Source: an uncultured Victivallales bacterium
Lineage (GTDB): Bacteria; Verrucomicrobiota; Kiritimatiellia; UBA8416; JAIOPI01
Reading direction: 5' to 3'
DNA length: 54,634 bases
Assembly: GCA_964635825.1 (NCBI GenBank)
Contig: CAZWQJ010000008.1
Coordinates: forward strand, 1-54,634
Part shown: positions 8,619 to 17,148 of the stretch, piece by piece
Layout: each line of letters begins with the position of its first letter
How positions within the stretch are numbered: the first letter of the stretch is position 1
Position numbers and translations under genes: made by a program
Notes under the pieces: model-generated
Database searches by the model: none
What the model was told of the DNA's origin: nothing
The model's input: the letters and a program-made list of their open reading frames with translations, nothing else

Positions 8619-9441
8619 TGATCACATCCTCGATCGGCACGTTCTTGAAACTGACCGAGAGGTTCTCCGTCTCCACGTTTTCAATCACGCGCACAACGCT
8701 CATGCCGTCCACGACCGCGCCAAAGACGCAGTAACCGGCCCCGCCGTTGTAGCCGTAATCCAGGTGCGGGTTGTTGATCGTGTTGATGTAGAACTGGTCC
8801 GTCGCCGTATTGGGAGCCTGGCTGCGCGCCATGGCCAGCGCCCCCACCACGTTGCGACACCCATTGCTCGCCTCGTTGACGATCGCTTCGCGCACCGCCA
8901 CCCCCACCAGATTCGTATCGTAGTGCCCGCCCTGAATCATGAAATCGGCAATCACCCGGTGGAACAGGGTTCCATCGAAATGGCGGTCTTCCACGTATTG
9001 CGCAAAGTTGGAGCACGTCACCGGCGCCACATCCGGCCACAGCTCCAGGCGGATGTCGCCCTTGGTCGTGCCGAGAAGCACCTCCGGCCCCGGAACAAAC
9101 AAGCGCGACCAACGGTCCGTGCGCATGTTCAGCGCATACTGCATATCCGCGGTGCTGAAGTACGACCAGCAGCCCGTCCCGACGTCATAGGCGTACGGTC
9201 CCATGAAGTAGACCCAGCCATCGCGCAAAATCGTCCCCCAGCGTTGCCACTCGGACGTGCAGAAGCTGAAGGCATACTGCGAGTCCTCCTCCGACAGGTA
9301 ACGCCACGTTTCATCCGCCGACGCGTAGGCGTAGGGCCAGCTCAGATAGACCCACCCACGCGGCACCCAGGCCGACGCGCGGCTCGCCAGTATGAGGCTC
9401 AGCACCGTCGCAACCACCACCCCAAATTTGCGTGCCTTCAT
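8590..9441 (-). CDS. Secreted cyclophilin-type peptidyl-prolyl cis-trans isomerase with N-terminal aromatic repeat region
   Basis: The C-terminal cyclophilin domain reads GDIRLELWPDVAPVTCSNFAQYV...FHRVIADFMIQGG...GALAMARS..PNTATDQFYIN. I placed the start at ATG 9441 (MKARKFGVVVATVLSLILASRASA signal peptide) instead of the ORF-track start 9804. Confidence 0.85.
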   Translation of the reverse strand: MKARKFGVVVATVLSLILASRASAWVPRGWVYLSWPYAYASADETWRYLSEEDSQYAFSFCTSEWQRWGTILRDGWVYFMGPYAYDVGTGCWSYFSTADMQYALNMRTDRWSRLFVPGPEVLLGTTKGDIRLELWPDVAPVTCSNFAQYVEDRHFDGTLFHRVIADFMIQGGHYDTNLVGVAVREAIVNEASNGCRNVVGALAMARSQAPNTATDQFYINTINNPHLDYGYNGGAGYCVFGAVVDGMSVVRVIENVETENLSVSFKNVPIEDVIITNAVMAVP

Positions 9442-9559
9442 CTCTGCTCCCCATGTGATCGCCAGCGCGACTGCAAATCCTATTGGCCGAAGAGGATCGC
9501 CGCAAGGTATTATGCCCAGCCAACACAGGATGATGGACGCGCGCGCCGATGAACTCATT

Positions 9560-10009
9560 ATGAAGTCGACGAATTCCCAACAGCCCCTGAAGCGCGGATT
9601 CTCGCGCGTCACGACCAGCCCGGAGGAAACCCTGGATCTCGCGGCCGCCTTCCTGACCGCGTTCCCACTCGCACACGTGCTGGCCCTGCATGGCGACCTC
9701 GGCGCCGGCAAAACCTGCTTCGTGCGCGGCCTTGCCTCCGCCATGGGCATCCGCGAGGCCATCACCAGCCCCACCTTCACCCTCGTCCGCGAGTACGCCG
9801 GCACCCGCCGGCTCGTTCACATCGACCTCTATCGCATCGCCTCGCCCGACGAACTGCTGGTCATTGGCTTCGAGGACTACCTCGATAGCGATGCGCTTGT
9901 CGTCATCGAATGGGCCGAACGTGCCGGCGACCTCCTGCCGCTCGATGCCCTCCATCTGACCTTCCGCGTTGAACCGGGCGAAGAAAGGCGCCGCATCACC
10001 CTCTCATGA
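9560..10009 (+). CDS. tsaE: tRNA t6A37 biosynthesis ATPase TsaE
   Basis: P-loop LHGDLGAGKT, then ITSPTFTLVREY...HIDLYRI...IEWAE. The start is ambiguous: ATG 9560 is preferred, and ATG 9530/9533 is possible. Confidence 0.8.
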   Translation: MKSTNSQQPLKRGFSRVTTSPEETLDLAAAFLTAFPLAHVLALHGDLGAGKTCFVRGLASAMGIREAITSPTFTLVREYAGTRRLVHIDLYRIASPDELLVIGFEDYLDSDALVVIEWAERAGDLLPLDALHLTFRVEPGEERRRITLS

Positions 10010-11883
10010 TCCCCACCCTCATTCCCCAGCCTCGTCAATTCACCCGCACGGCCGGAGCCTTTCACCTGCCCAGCCACCGCACCCTCGGCATCGAGGATAC
10101 ACGCCTTCACCCGGTCGTTCGCCCGCTCCTCCCCCGCCTGGGCGTCGCCACGGTCGCCATCGCGCGCCCCTCCCTGCCCGACACGATCCGCATCACCTTC
10201 AGCCCCCGCCTGCGGCCCGGTGGCTACCAACTCCTCGTCCGAACCGATGGAATCCGCCTGACCGTGCAGTCCGTGGAGGCCGCGCGTTCCGGGCTCGAAA
10301 CCCTCCTGCAATGGATCAATCAGGCCGACCACGACCGCCTCCCCTGTTGCCGCATCGACGACTGGCCCGAGTTCGCCCAGCGCGGCGTCTACTACGACTG
10401 CACCCGCGGCCGCGTCCCCCACCTCGGCCGCTTGCAGGATCAAGCCGAACTCCTGTCGCGCTTCAAAATCAACCACCTGCAGTACTACATCGAACACACC
10501 TTCCAGTTTCGCAACCATCCGCTGATCGGCCGCGGCGCCTCCCCTCTCAGCCCCGACGATGTGCTCACCATGGACGCCTTCTGCCGCGAACGCGGCATCG
10601 AACTCGTCCCCTCGTTCGCCAGTTTCGGGCACATGGTTCCGGTCCTGAGCTTGCCCCCGTACCGACACCTCGCGGAAGACTGGGGCGTGGGCCGCTACCT
10701 CGACCCCTCCGTCAAGCAATTGCCCGACTGGAGCAAGCGCCGCGCCTGGAGCCTCTCCCCCGCCAATCCCGCCGGGTACCAATTCCTCGACTCGCTCTAT
10801 GCCGAATTCCTGCCGCTCTTTACCTCGCGCACCTTCAATGCCTGCTGCGATGAAACCTATGACCTCGGCCTCGGCCAGAGCTTTCCCATCGCCCAGCGCA
10901 AAGGCAAGGGACGCCTGTACCTCGACCATGTCCGCGAACTCGCGCGCCTCGCCGCCGGCCACGGCAAGCGCCTGATGATCTGGGGCGATATCGTCCACCA
11001 CTACCCGGAGCTGATCCCCAGCCTGCCCCGCAACCTGACGGTGCTCGACTGGGGCTACACCCACGATCACCCGTTCGATCGCGTCAGCCGCTTCCAGGAA
11101 GCCGGCGTACCCTTCCTGGTCTGCCCGGGCACCTCCTCGTGGGTCTCCCTCTTCCCGCGCCTGCACGAAGCCGCCGCCTCCATCCATGGCTATGCCGCCG
11201 CCGCACGCCGCCATGGCGCCGTCGGCATCCTCAACACCGACTGGGGCGACCGCGGCCATTTTAATTTCATGGAATTCTCATGGCACGGATATCTACTGGG
11301 GGCAGAATCCGCATGGAATCCGGACGCCGATGCGCGCTCGTTCACGCGCCGCTTTGCCCGCCTGTTTCTCGGCAGCGCCAACCCGGCCGTCGCCAGCGCC
11401 ATCGACACACTGGGCGACATCGCCCACCTCAGTGTTCAGGACTTCTACCAAAGCGCCTGGTATCACCTGTTCTTCGCGCGACCGAACGATCCCGTGTTCG
11501 CCGCGACCACGCGCCGGGCCTCCGTCGCCTCGCGCGGCAAAATCCGCCGCGCGCCCGTCGCCCTCAACGCCGCGCTCGGTCATGACACCCTGGCGCGGCT
11601 GGCCACCGTTCGCGCCGCCCTGCGCAACGCGGACGGGGCCGACCCGCATGACGTACTCCCATATTGGCTGTTTGCCATCGACACCATCGCCCACGCCGCG
11701 CGCAAGCTGACCGTACTCGGCGCCGGCGGCCGCGATACCCCCCGCGCACGCGCCGCCCTGGCCGACGAGATGCGCGACCTGCTCACGCGCTTCACCCGCC
11801 TCTGGCTCGCTCGCAATCGCCCCTCCGAAATGCGCAACGTCGTGCGCCAGTATCGCGCGACCGCGCGCGCCCTGAAGCGCTGA
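10006..11883 (+). CDS. Glycoside hydrolase family 20 (beta-N-acetylhexosaminidase-like)
   Basis: 625 aa. IDDWPEFAQRGVYYDCTRG...SRFKINHLQYYIEHTF and a catalytic D-E pair in FNACCDETYDLG. The ATG overlaps the tsaE stop. Confidence 0.75.
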   Translation: MIPTLIPQPRQFTRTAGAFHLPSHRTLGIEDTRLHPVVRPLLPRLGVATVAIARPSLPDTIRITFSPRLRPGGYQLLVRTDGIRLTVQSVEAARSGLETLLQWINQADHDRLPCCRIDDWPEFAQRGVYYDCTRGRVPHLGRLQDQAELLSRFKINHLQYYIEHTFQFRNHPLIGRGASPLSPDDVLTMDAFCRERGIELVPSFASFGHMVPVLSLPPYRHLAEDWGVGRYLDPSVKQLPDWSKRRAWSLSPANPAGYQFLDSLYAEFLPLFTSRTFNACCDETYDLGLGQSFPIAQRKGKGRLYLDHVRELARLAAGHGKRLMIWGDIVHHYPELIPSLPRNLTVLDWGYTHDHPFDRVSRFQEAGVPFLVCPGTSSWVSLFPRLHEAAASIHGYAAAARRHGAVGILNTDWGDRGHFNFMEFSWHGYLLGAESAWNPDADARSFTRRFARLFLGSANPAVASAIDTLGDIAHLSVQDFYQSAWYHLFFARPNDPVFAATTRRASVASRGKIRRAPVALNAALGHDTLARLATVRAALRNADGADPHDVLPYWLFAIDTIAHAARKLTVLGAGGRDTPRARAALADEMRDLLTRFTRLWLARNRPSEMRNVVRQYRATARALKR

Positions 11884-11963
11884 CCCTCAGCCCAACCGCG
11901 CTTGTCCCCAATGCCCGGTTGCGGTACAATCCCCCGCACGGGGTGGGTTTTCGGGGGGCATTC

Positions 11964-14633
11964 ATGAACGTTGCACCATGGGCGCTGCGCTGCGTCCGCA
12001 TTTTGGCTTTCGTGCTTCTGTCGGCAGCGACGGCGATGGCCGTCACCCAGCGCGTCGCCACCACCACGCTCACCCTCCCGCAGAACCCCGTCTCTCCGTC
12101 TGCCCCCACCTACCGCACCGCCAATGCCTTCCCCAGCCTCACGTTCTCGCAACCCGTCGGCTTCGCCATTCCGCCGGGCGAAACAAACCGTCTGTTCGTC
12201 ATCGAGAAGTCGGGCCAGATCGCCGTGATCACGAACCTGGCCGCCCCCACCCGCACCATCTTCCTGAGCCTGACCAACCGCTTGTACACCCTCAGCGAAG
12301 GCGGCGTACTGGGCCTGGCCTTTCACCCCCATTACGCCAGCAACCGCCAATTCTATGTCTTCTACACCCGCAACGACACCACGGTCCACGGCACCGGCAT
12401 CTACGACCGCGTGTCCCGATTCATCACCTCCCCCTCCGACCCCAATCTCGCCCTCTCCGCGTCCGAAACCATCCTCATTTCCCAGTTCGATCAGGCCGGC
12501 AACCACAACGGCGGCGACCTCCAGTTTGGCCCCGATGGCTACCTCTACGTCTCCGTCGGCGACGAAGGCGGTGCCAACGACTTCTACCAGAACAGCCAAC
12601 GCATCGACGGGGACTTCTTCTCCGGCATCCTGCGCCTCGATGTCGACATGCGGCCCGGTAGCCTGCCTCCCAATGCCCATCCCGCGTCGTTCCCCCACTA
12701 TGCCATCCCTGCAGACAACCCGTTCATCGGAGCCACCCAGTTCAACAGCCTCGCTGTGAATCCAGCCCAGGTGCGCACGGAGTTCTATGCCGTGGGACTC
12801 CGCAACCCCTGGCGAATGTCCTTCGACCCCGTCACCGGCACTCTCTATGCCGGCGATGTCGGCCAGGGCGCGCGCGAGGAGGTCGACGTCATCGTCAAGG
12901 GCGGCAACTACGGCTGGAAATGGCGCGAGGGCATGATCGCCAACCCGAGCATGGGAACCCCGCCCGCCGGCTTCACGAGCTGGATCGATCCCATCCTCGA
13001 TTACCCCCGCGGCAGTGGCACCTACCAGGGCAACTCCATCACCGGCGGCCGCATCTTCCGCGGCATGCGCGCGCCCGAACTTGTCGGCGAATACGTCTTC
13101 GCCGATTACGTCTCCGGCAACATCTGGTCGCTGACCTACACCGGCGGCACCGCGACCGCCTTCACGCAACTGGCCAAACTCACCGGCATCTCGGGCTTCG
13201 GCACCGACCCGCGCAGCGGGGACCCCTGGCTCGCCGAACTCGCTAACGGCCGCATCCACTGGCTCCTGCGCGACCCCGGCGCCGGCGGCAGTATCCCCCA
13301 GCACGTGAACGACGCCGGCCTCTTCCTGGATCCGCGCACGCTGACGCCCAATCCGGGCGTCGAGCCCTACGCACTGAATTGGCCGTCGTGGAACGATGGC
13401 GCCCGCGACCAGCGCTGGTTCTGCGTGCCGGATCCTGCGCGCACCATCGACTTCAGCCCCACCGGCCACTGGAGCTTCCCCACCGGATCCGTCTGGGTGC
13501 AGCACTTCGACCTGCCAACCGTGGTGGATGGTTCCGCCGCTGTGCGTCGCGTGGAGTCGCGCGTCCTCGTCCGCACCGCCGACGGCGCCGGCGGCTACGG
13601 GCTCTCCTACCGCTGGGGCGGATTCAACTTCCAGGGCTTCCTCGTCCCCACCGAAGGCCTGAGTGAAGCCCTCCTGGTCCCGGCCGCCGACGGATCCGTC
13701 CACACGCAGGTCTGGCGCTACCCCAGCCGCTCGGAATGCCTCTCCTGCCACCAACCCGGCGCCGGCTTCGCGCTCGGGTTCAGCACGCCTCAACTCAATC
13801 GCGACATCGATAACGGCCTCGGCCTCAGCAACCAGATCGCCGCCCTCAGCCAGACCGGCTACTTCACCGCGCCCGTCTCCAACCGCCACACCCTGCCGCG
13901 CCTCGCCCAACCCGATGACCACAACTGGAGCCTCGAGCACCAGGCCCGCTCCTACGTGCACGTGAATTGCAGCCAGTGCCACTACCCGTTCGGCCCCGCC
14001 CCGGCTAACTTTGACGCGCGCATCTCCACGCCTCTCGCCAACGCCGGCATCCTCGGCGGCGCCCTCAACGACAACGGTGGCGATACCAATGTCGTCGTCG
14101 TCCGCCCCGGAAGCCCGCCCCACTCCATGCTCCTCACCCGCATCGCCTCCCGCGACTCCGGCCGCATGCCGCCGCTCGTGTCCACCGTCGTCGATACCCA
14201 GGCCGTCGCCTTGATCACCGCCTGGATCACCGGCCCGCTGACCAATTTCATCGCCCTTGTGGACTGGCAGTGGCGCCACTTCGGCGGCGCCACCAACCCC
14301 ATCGCCGCGCCCGACGCCGATCCCGATGGCGACCACGCCATCAACGACCTCGAGTACCTCACCGGCCGCGACCCCACCAACGCCGCCTCACCCGACGCCT
14401 GGGCCCTCGACCTCCTCTGGACCAACGACGCTCCCGCCCTCGCCTACGAACGCATCGCCAACATCGGATTCGACGTCCAGTGGTCCACCAACCTCGTCCC
14501 CACGCCCGGCTGGGAATCCCTCGACGACCCGCAGAACGCACCTTTCTTTAGCCACACCAATTACGACGAACGCGTGTCGTTGGAAACCACCAACTCAAAC
14601 ATCTATTACCGCATGCAGCTCTACCGGCCCTAG
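11964..14633 (+). CDS. Secreted PQQ-dependent sugar dehydrogenase (SGDH/HHIP-like beta-propeller) fused to c-type cytochrome domain(s)
   Basis: Start at ATG 11964 (signal MNVAPWALRCVRILAFVLLSAATAMA). Propeller motifs: GVLGLAFHP, GNHNGGDLQFGPDGYLYVSVGDEG, GLRNPWRMSFDP, GGNYGWKWREG. Two CxxCH motifs (CLSCH, CSQCH), the second followed by ...SMLLTRI....GRMPPL, as in the Planctomycete cytochrome c (PSCyt1) family. Asp-rich DADPDGDH is followed by a C-terminal module. Confidence 0.75.
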   Translation: MNVAPWALRCVRILAFVLLSAATAMAVTQRVATTTLTLPQNPVSPSAPTYRTANAFPSLTFSQPVGFAIPPGETNRLFVIEKSGQIAVITNLAAPTRTIFLSLTNRLYTLSEGGVLGLAFHPHYASNRQFYVFYTRNDTTVHGTGIYDRVSRFITSPSDPNLALSASETILISQFDQAGNHNGGDLQFGPDGYLYVSVGDEGGANDFYQNSQRIDGDFFSGILRLDVDMRPGSLPPNAHPASFPHYAIPADNPFIGATQFNSLAVNPAQVRTEFYAVGLRNPWRMSFDPVTGTLYAGDVGQGAREEVDVIVKGGNYGWKWREGMIANPSMGTPPAGFTSWIDPILDYPRGSGTYQGNSITGGRIFRGMRAPELVGEYVFADYVSGNIWSLTYTGGTATAFTQLAKLTGISGFGTDPRSGDPWLAELANGRIHWLLRDPGAGGSIPQHVNDAGLFLDPRTLTPNPGVEPYALNWPSWNDGARDQRWFCVPDPARTIDFSPTGHWSFPTGSVWVQHFDLPTVVDGSAAVRRVESRVLVRTADGAGGYGLSYRWGGFNFQGFLVPTEGLSEALLVPAADGSVHTQVWRYPSRSECLSCHQPGAGFALGFSTPQLNRDIDNGLGLSNQIAALSQTGYFTAPVSNRHTLPRLAQPDDHNWSLEHQARSYVHVNCSQCHYPFGPAPANFDARISTPLANAGILGGALNDNGGDTNVVVVRPGSPPHSMLLTRIASRDSGRMPPLVSTVVDTQAVALITAWITGPLTNFIALVDWQWRHFGGATNPIAAPDADPDGDHAINDLEYLTGRDPTNAASPDAWALDLLWTNDAPALAYERIANIGFDVQWSTNLVPTPGWESLDDPQNAPFFSHTNYDERVSLETTNSNIYYRMQLYRP

Positions 14634-14781
14634 TGTGGTGAGCGATTAGTTCACATCAATACAGATGGCCGCCGAGCCGGCGGCCCTCCATCGGACGCAT
14701 TCGAAACATTGGAGTTCCCCTGGAGGGTCGGCGGCTCGCCGACCGTGTTTACGAATCAACGAACTAATCGCTCACCACACT
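14632..14781. repeat. 150-bp dyad element: 21-bp perfect inverted repeat enclosing two 8-bp/3-nt-loop GC hairpins
   Basis: 14632-14652 (AGTGTGGTGAGCGATTAGTTC) is the exact reverse complement of 14761-14781. The inner hairpins are GGCCGCCG-agc-CGGCGGCC (14667-14685) and GGTCGGCG-gct-CGCCGACC (14726-14744). The left arm overlaps the stop codon of the upstream gene. Confidence 0.7.
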
Positions 14782-14784
14782 GGC

Positions 14785-14910
14785 AGCCCGTTGAAAATGC
14801 GCCGGCTCAGCCGGAGGCTTCGCCCCACCTTGCAGAATTCGGCCTTCTGGGTAGGGCGAGGCGTCCCGCCGAGCCGTCTTTGACGCCATGACGTCCCTTT
14901 TCAACGGGCT
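14785..14910. repeat. Second inverted-repeat-bounded unit (13-bp arms)
   Basis: 14785-14797 (AGCCCGTTGAAAA) is the reverse complement of 14898-14910. Small GC hairpins lie inside. It sits just 3' of the EEP gene stop. Confidence 0.45.
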
Positions 14911-14936
14911 CGTGACACCGCCGCGCCACGGCACGC

Positions 14937-15845
14937 TCAAGGCGCCGCTTCGGCCACCGGCAGCAGCAGGTCGCGGATCACGGGCATGTGCTGCATCTGA
15001 AACTCGCCGCAGTCGTTCGACTGCACCGGAGCCACATCGCTCAGCGGTGTGTACACGCGCGAGTCAAACACCAGCCCATTCGGAAAACGGTTCTGACCGC
15101 TCACCACGGGCACCAGGTGGTTCGTCATGCTGTAACTCACATAGACGGCGTCGTACGGATACGTGCGTCCCTGATTCGTGTCGGGATCGCCCCCCACTGG
15201 CGCATCCGTCGGCACCGGCGTGTTGCTCAAAAGCGTCTCAAGCGTGCGCCGGGTCCCTTCGTTTTCCGAGCGCGTGTTCAGGTCCCCGCCCACCACAACC
15301 CACGCACCCGTGGGAACATGATTCTGGATCCCCTCGCGAATCAACACGGCCGCCTGCTGCCGGTCGCGCGCCGCCTTGCCCGCCGCCAGATGCACGCTGA
15401 GCACATACAGCTCGTTCGTGCCCGGCAGGTCGATGCGCGCCCAGGCAATGCCGCGGTTCGGAATGGCCGGGTCGTCCCAGGACCCCGCCGCCGTGATCGG
15501 CCAGCGGCTGATCACCCCATTGGGAATGTCGCCGGGCGCCTCGTACGGTTCACGATAGTACGAGAACTCGGGACCAAAGGCGCCGTCCACGAATTCACGC
15601 AAGGCCGCGGCGGTGTTCGTCTCACGGCCATCGGCCTTCACGTAGTTGAATTCTTGAATGGCCACCACATCCGGCTTCAGCCCCTGAAAGATCCGGATGC
15701 CGGGCCCCTCATAGCGGGGATGCCGGCCGGAGGTAATGTTGGCCGCCATGACCCTGACCGCCACGCCGGTCTCTCCGCCGCACGCGGGCCAGCCAATGCC
15801 CAGCACGGCAATCAACAGAAACAATCTGGCGAGGGGGCAGTTCAT
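14937..15845 (-). CDS. Secreted endonuclease/exonuclease/phosphatase (EEP) family protein
   Basis: 302 aa. Signal peptide MNCPLARLFLLIAVLGIGWPACG. Then VMAANITSG...KPDVVAIQEF, VVGGDLNTRSE and a C-terminal H-x-PV (QHMPVIRD) typical of the EEP fold. Confidence 0.75.
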   Translation of the reverse strand: MNCPLARLFLLIAVLGIGWPACGGETGVAVRVMAANITSGRHPRYEGPGIRIFQGLKPDVVAIQEFNYVKADGRETNTAAALREFVDGAFGPEFSYYREPYEAPGDIPNGVISRWPITAAGSWDDPAIPNRGIAWARIDLPGTNELYVLSVHLAAGKAARDRQQAAVLIREGIQNHVPTGAWVVVGGDLNTRSENEGTRRTLETLLSNTPVPTDAPVGGDPDTNQGRTYPYDAVYVSYSMTNHLVPVVSGQNRFPNGLVFDSRVYTPLSDVAPVQSNDCGEFQMQHMPVIRDLLLPVAEAAP

Positions 15846-15909
15846 GGTTGGTCAACGGGCCGGCGTCTTGCCCCACCCCATCGCATCCCGCGGGGCGGAG
15901 CCGACCCCA

Positions 15910-16539
15910 TTACCGCTTGGCGGCACACAACTGAACGGCCTCACGCGCCAATCGCGTAATCTCGCCCCAACGCTTGGCCGCAATGAGATCCCGATTCACC
16001 ATCCACGACCCGCCCACCGCCATCACCGTCGGCAGCGCCAGGTAGGTCAACGCGTTGCTTCCGTCAATGCCCCCCGTCGGCAGGAACTTCACACCCTTGT
16101 GCGCAAAGGGGCCCGCCAGCGCACGCAGCGCCGACACCCCTCCCAACGACTCCGCCGGGAAAAACTTCAAATACGTGCAGCCCAGGCGCAACGCTTGCGT
16201 GATCTCCGTCGGCGTCGCCACCCCCGGAACCATCGGGAACCCCAGCGCCGCCGCACGCTTCACCACGTCTTCGCTCAACCCGGGCGAGACCCCGAAGCGC
16301 GCCCCACTCGCCACCGCCTTCTCCAACTCCTCAACCGTGATCAGCGTCCCCGCCCCCAGGTACATCGCCGGGCACGCCGCCGCAATGCGCTTCAAACATT
16401 CCGCCGACGTCGCCGTGCGGAACGTTACCTCCAGCACATTCAGCCCACCCGCCAGCAACGCTTCCGCCAACGGCACCGCCGCCTCCACATCGTCAACCGT
16501 CGCGGCCGGCACCACGCGCGTTTCCAGAATGGCCTTCAT
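15910..16539 (-). CDS. eda: KDPG/KHG aldolase
   Basis: 209 aa. VLEVTFRT..A...I......P....GAGT, GFPMVPGVATPTE, LKFFPAE..GG, PTGGI. Confidence 0.85.
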   Translation of the reverse strand: MKAILETRVVPAATVDDVEAAVPLAEALLAGGLNVLEVTFRTATSAECLKRIAAACPAMYLGAGTLITVEELEKAVASGARFGVSPGLSEDVVKRAAALGFPMVPGVATPTEITQALRLGCTYLKFFPAESLGGVSALRALAGPFAHKGVKFLPTGGIDGSNALTYLALPTVMAVGGSWMVNRDLIAAKRWGEITRLAREAVQLCAAKR

Positions 16540-16546
16540 CGCTCTC

Positions 16547-17080
16547 CTACTGCTGATTCAAAAACCGCTCGGTGCTCATCTTCTGCGCACGCAGAATGTT
16601 GGACTCCGCCCGACCGGCATGCATCGAATCTAGCACGCCCCCCGCCGCCACGACGAGCATCAACGTCGTGGCCAGGCTGATGGCAAAGGCCAGCAGCATC
16701 GGCACGTAACGGCCATGCAGCAGCGTGCATTGCAGGGGAACCCCCACCGCCAGCAAAACCAGAATCGGCACCAGCAGCGTCACCACGTTACCGATCGGCC
16801 ACCGCCCCAGAAGCGGCAACAGGTACAGCGACGATATCGCCGCCGTCACCGCCAGCGAAAGCACGCCCGCCAGCAACGCCGACAGCAAGCGCAGCGTGTC
16901 GACACGTGTGGCTTCCGAGAAACTCACGGCAAAACGAAATCCCGCATACAGCCCCACGGCCGCCACCAATTCCAGCGCCAGCATGGATCCGCCACTGCCG
17001 GCACGGCCCAACGCCCGCTCCACCACCGCCATCGTTTCGAATGCCACCGCGGTCATCACGACCTCCTGATCGATGTCCAC
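16547..17080 (-). CDS. Hypothetical integral membrane protein (about 4 TM segments)
   Basis: 177 aa, with hydrophobic stretches (LALELVAAVGLYAGF, LLSALLAGVLSLAVTAAISSLYLLPLL, VVTLLVPILVLLAVGV, PMLLAFAISLATTLMLVVAAGGV). It ends 7 nt before eda. I recognised no family. Confidence 0.45.
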   Translation of the reverse strand: MDIDQEVVMTAVAFETMAVVERALGRAGSGGSMLALELVAAVGLYAGFRFAVSFSEATRVDTLRLLSALLAGVLSLAVTAAISSLYLLPLLGRWPIGNVVTLLVPILVLLAVGVPLQCTLLHGRYVPMLLAFAISLATTLMLVVAAGGVLDSMHAGRAESNILRAQKMSTERFLNQQ

Positions 17081-17148
17081 AATCCATCAAGCAGGTTCCG
17101 TTCCAAGTGAGAGAAAGTGCGTGCGCGGCGAAATCGGCGCGGCGCGCG

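Noticed and set aside
11580-14336. 918-aa minus-strand ORF, with similar long ORFs at 4973-6502(-), 6451-7641(-), 9877-11259(-), 19991-21223(-), 24601-25833(-), 25906-27135(-) and 29155-30513(-).
   Set aside because: All run antisense to genes with clear family signatures. Their translations are Gly/Ala/Asp/Val/Arg-rich low-complexity sequence with no motifs, which is the typical open-frame artefact of a high-GC genome.
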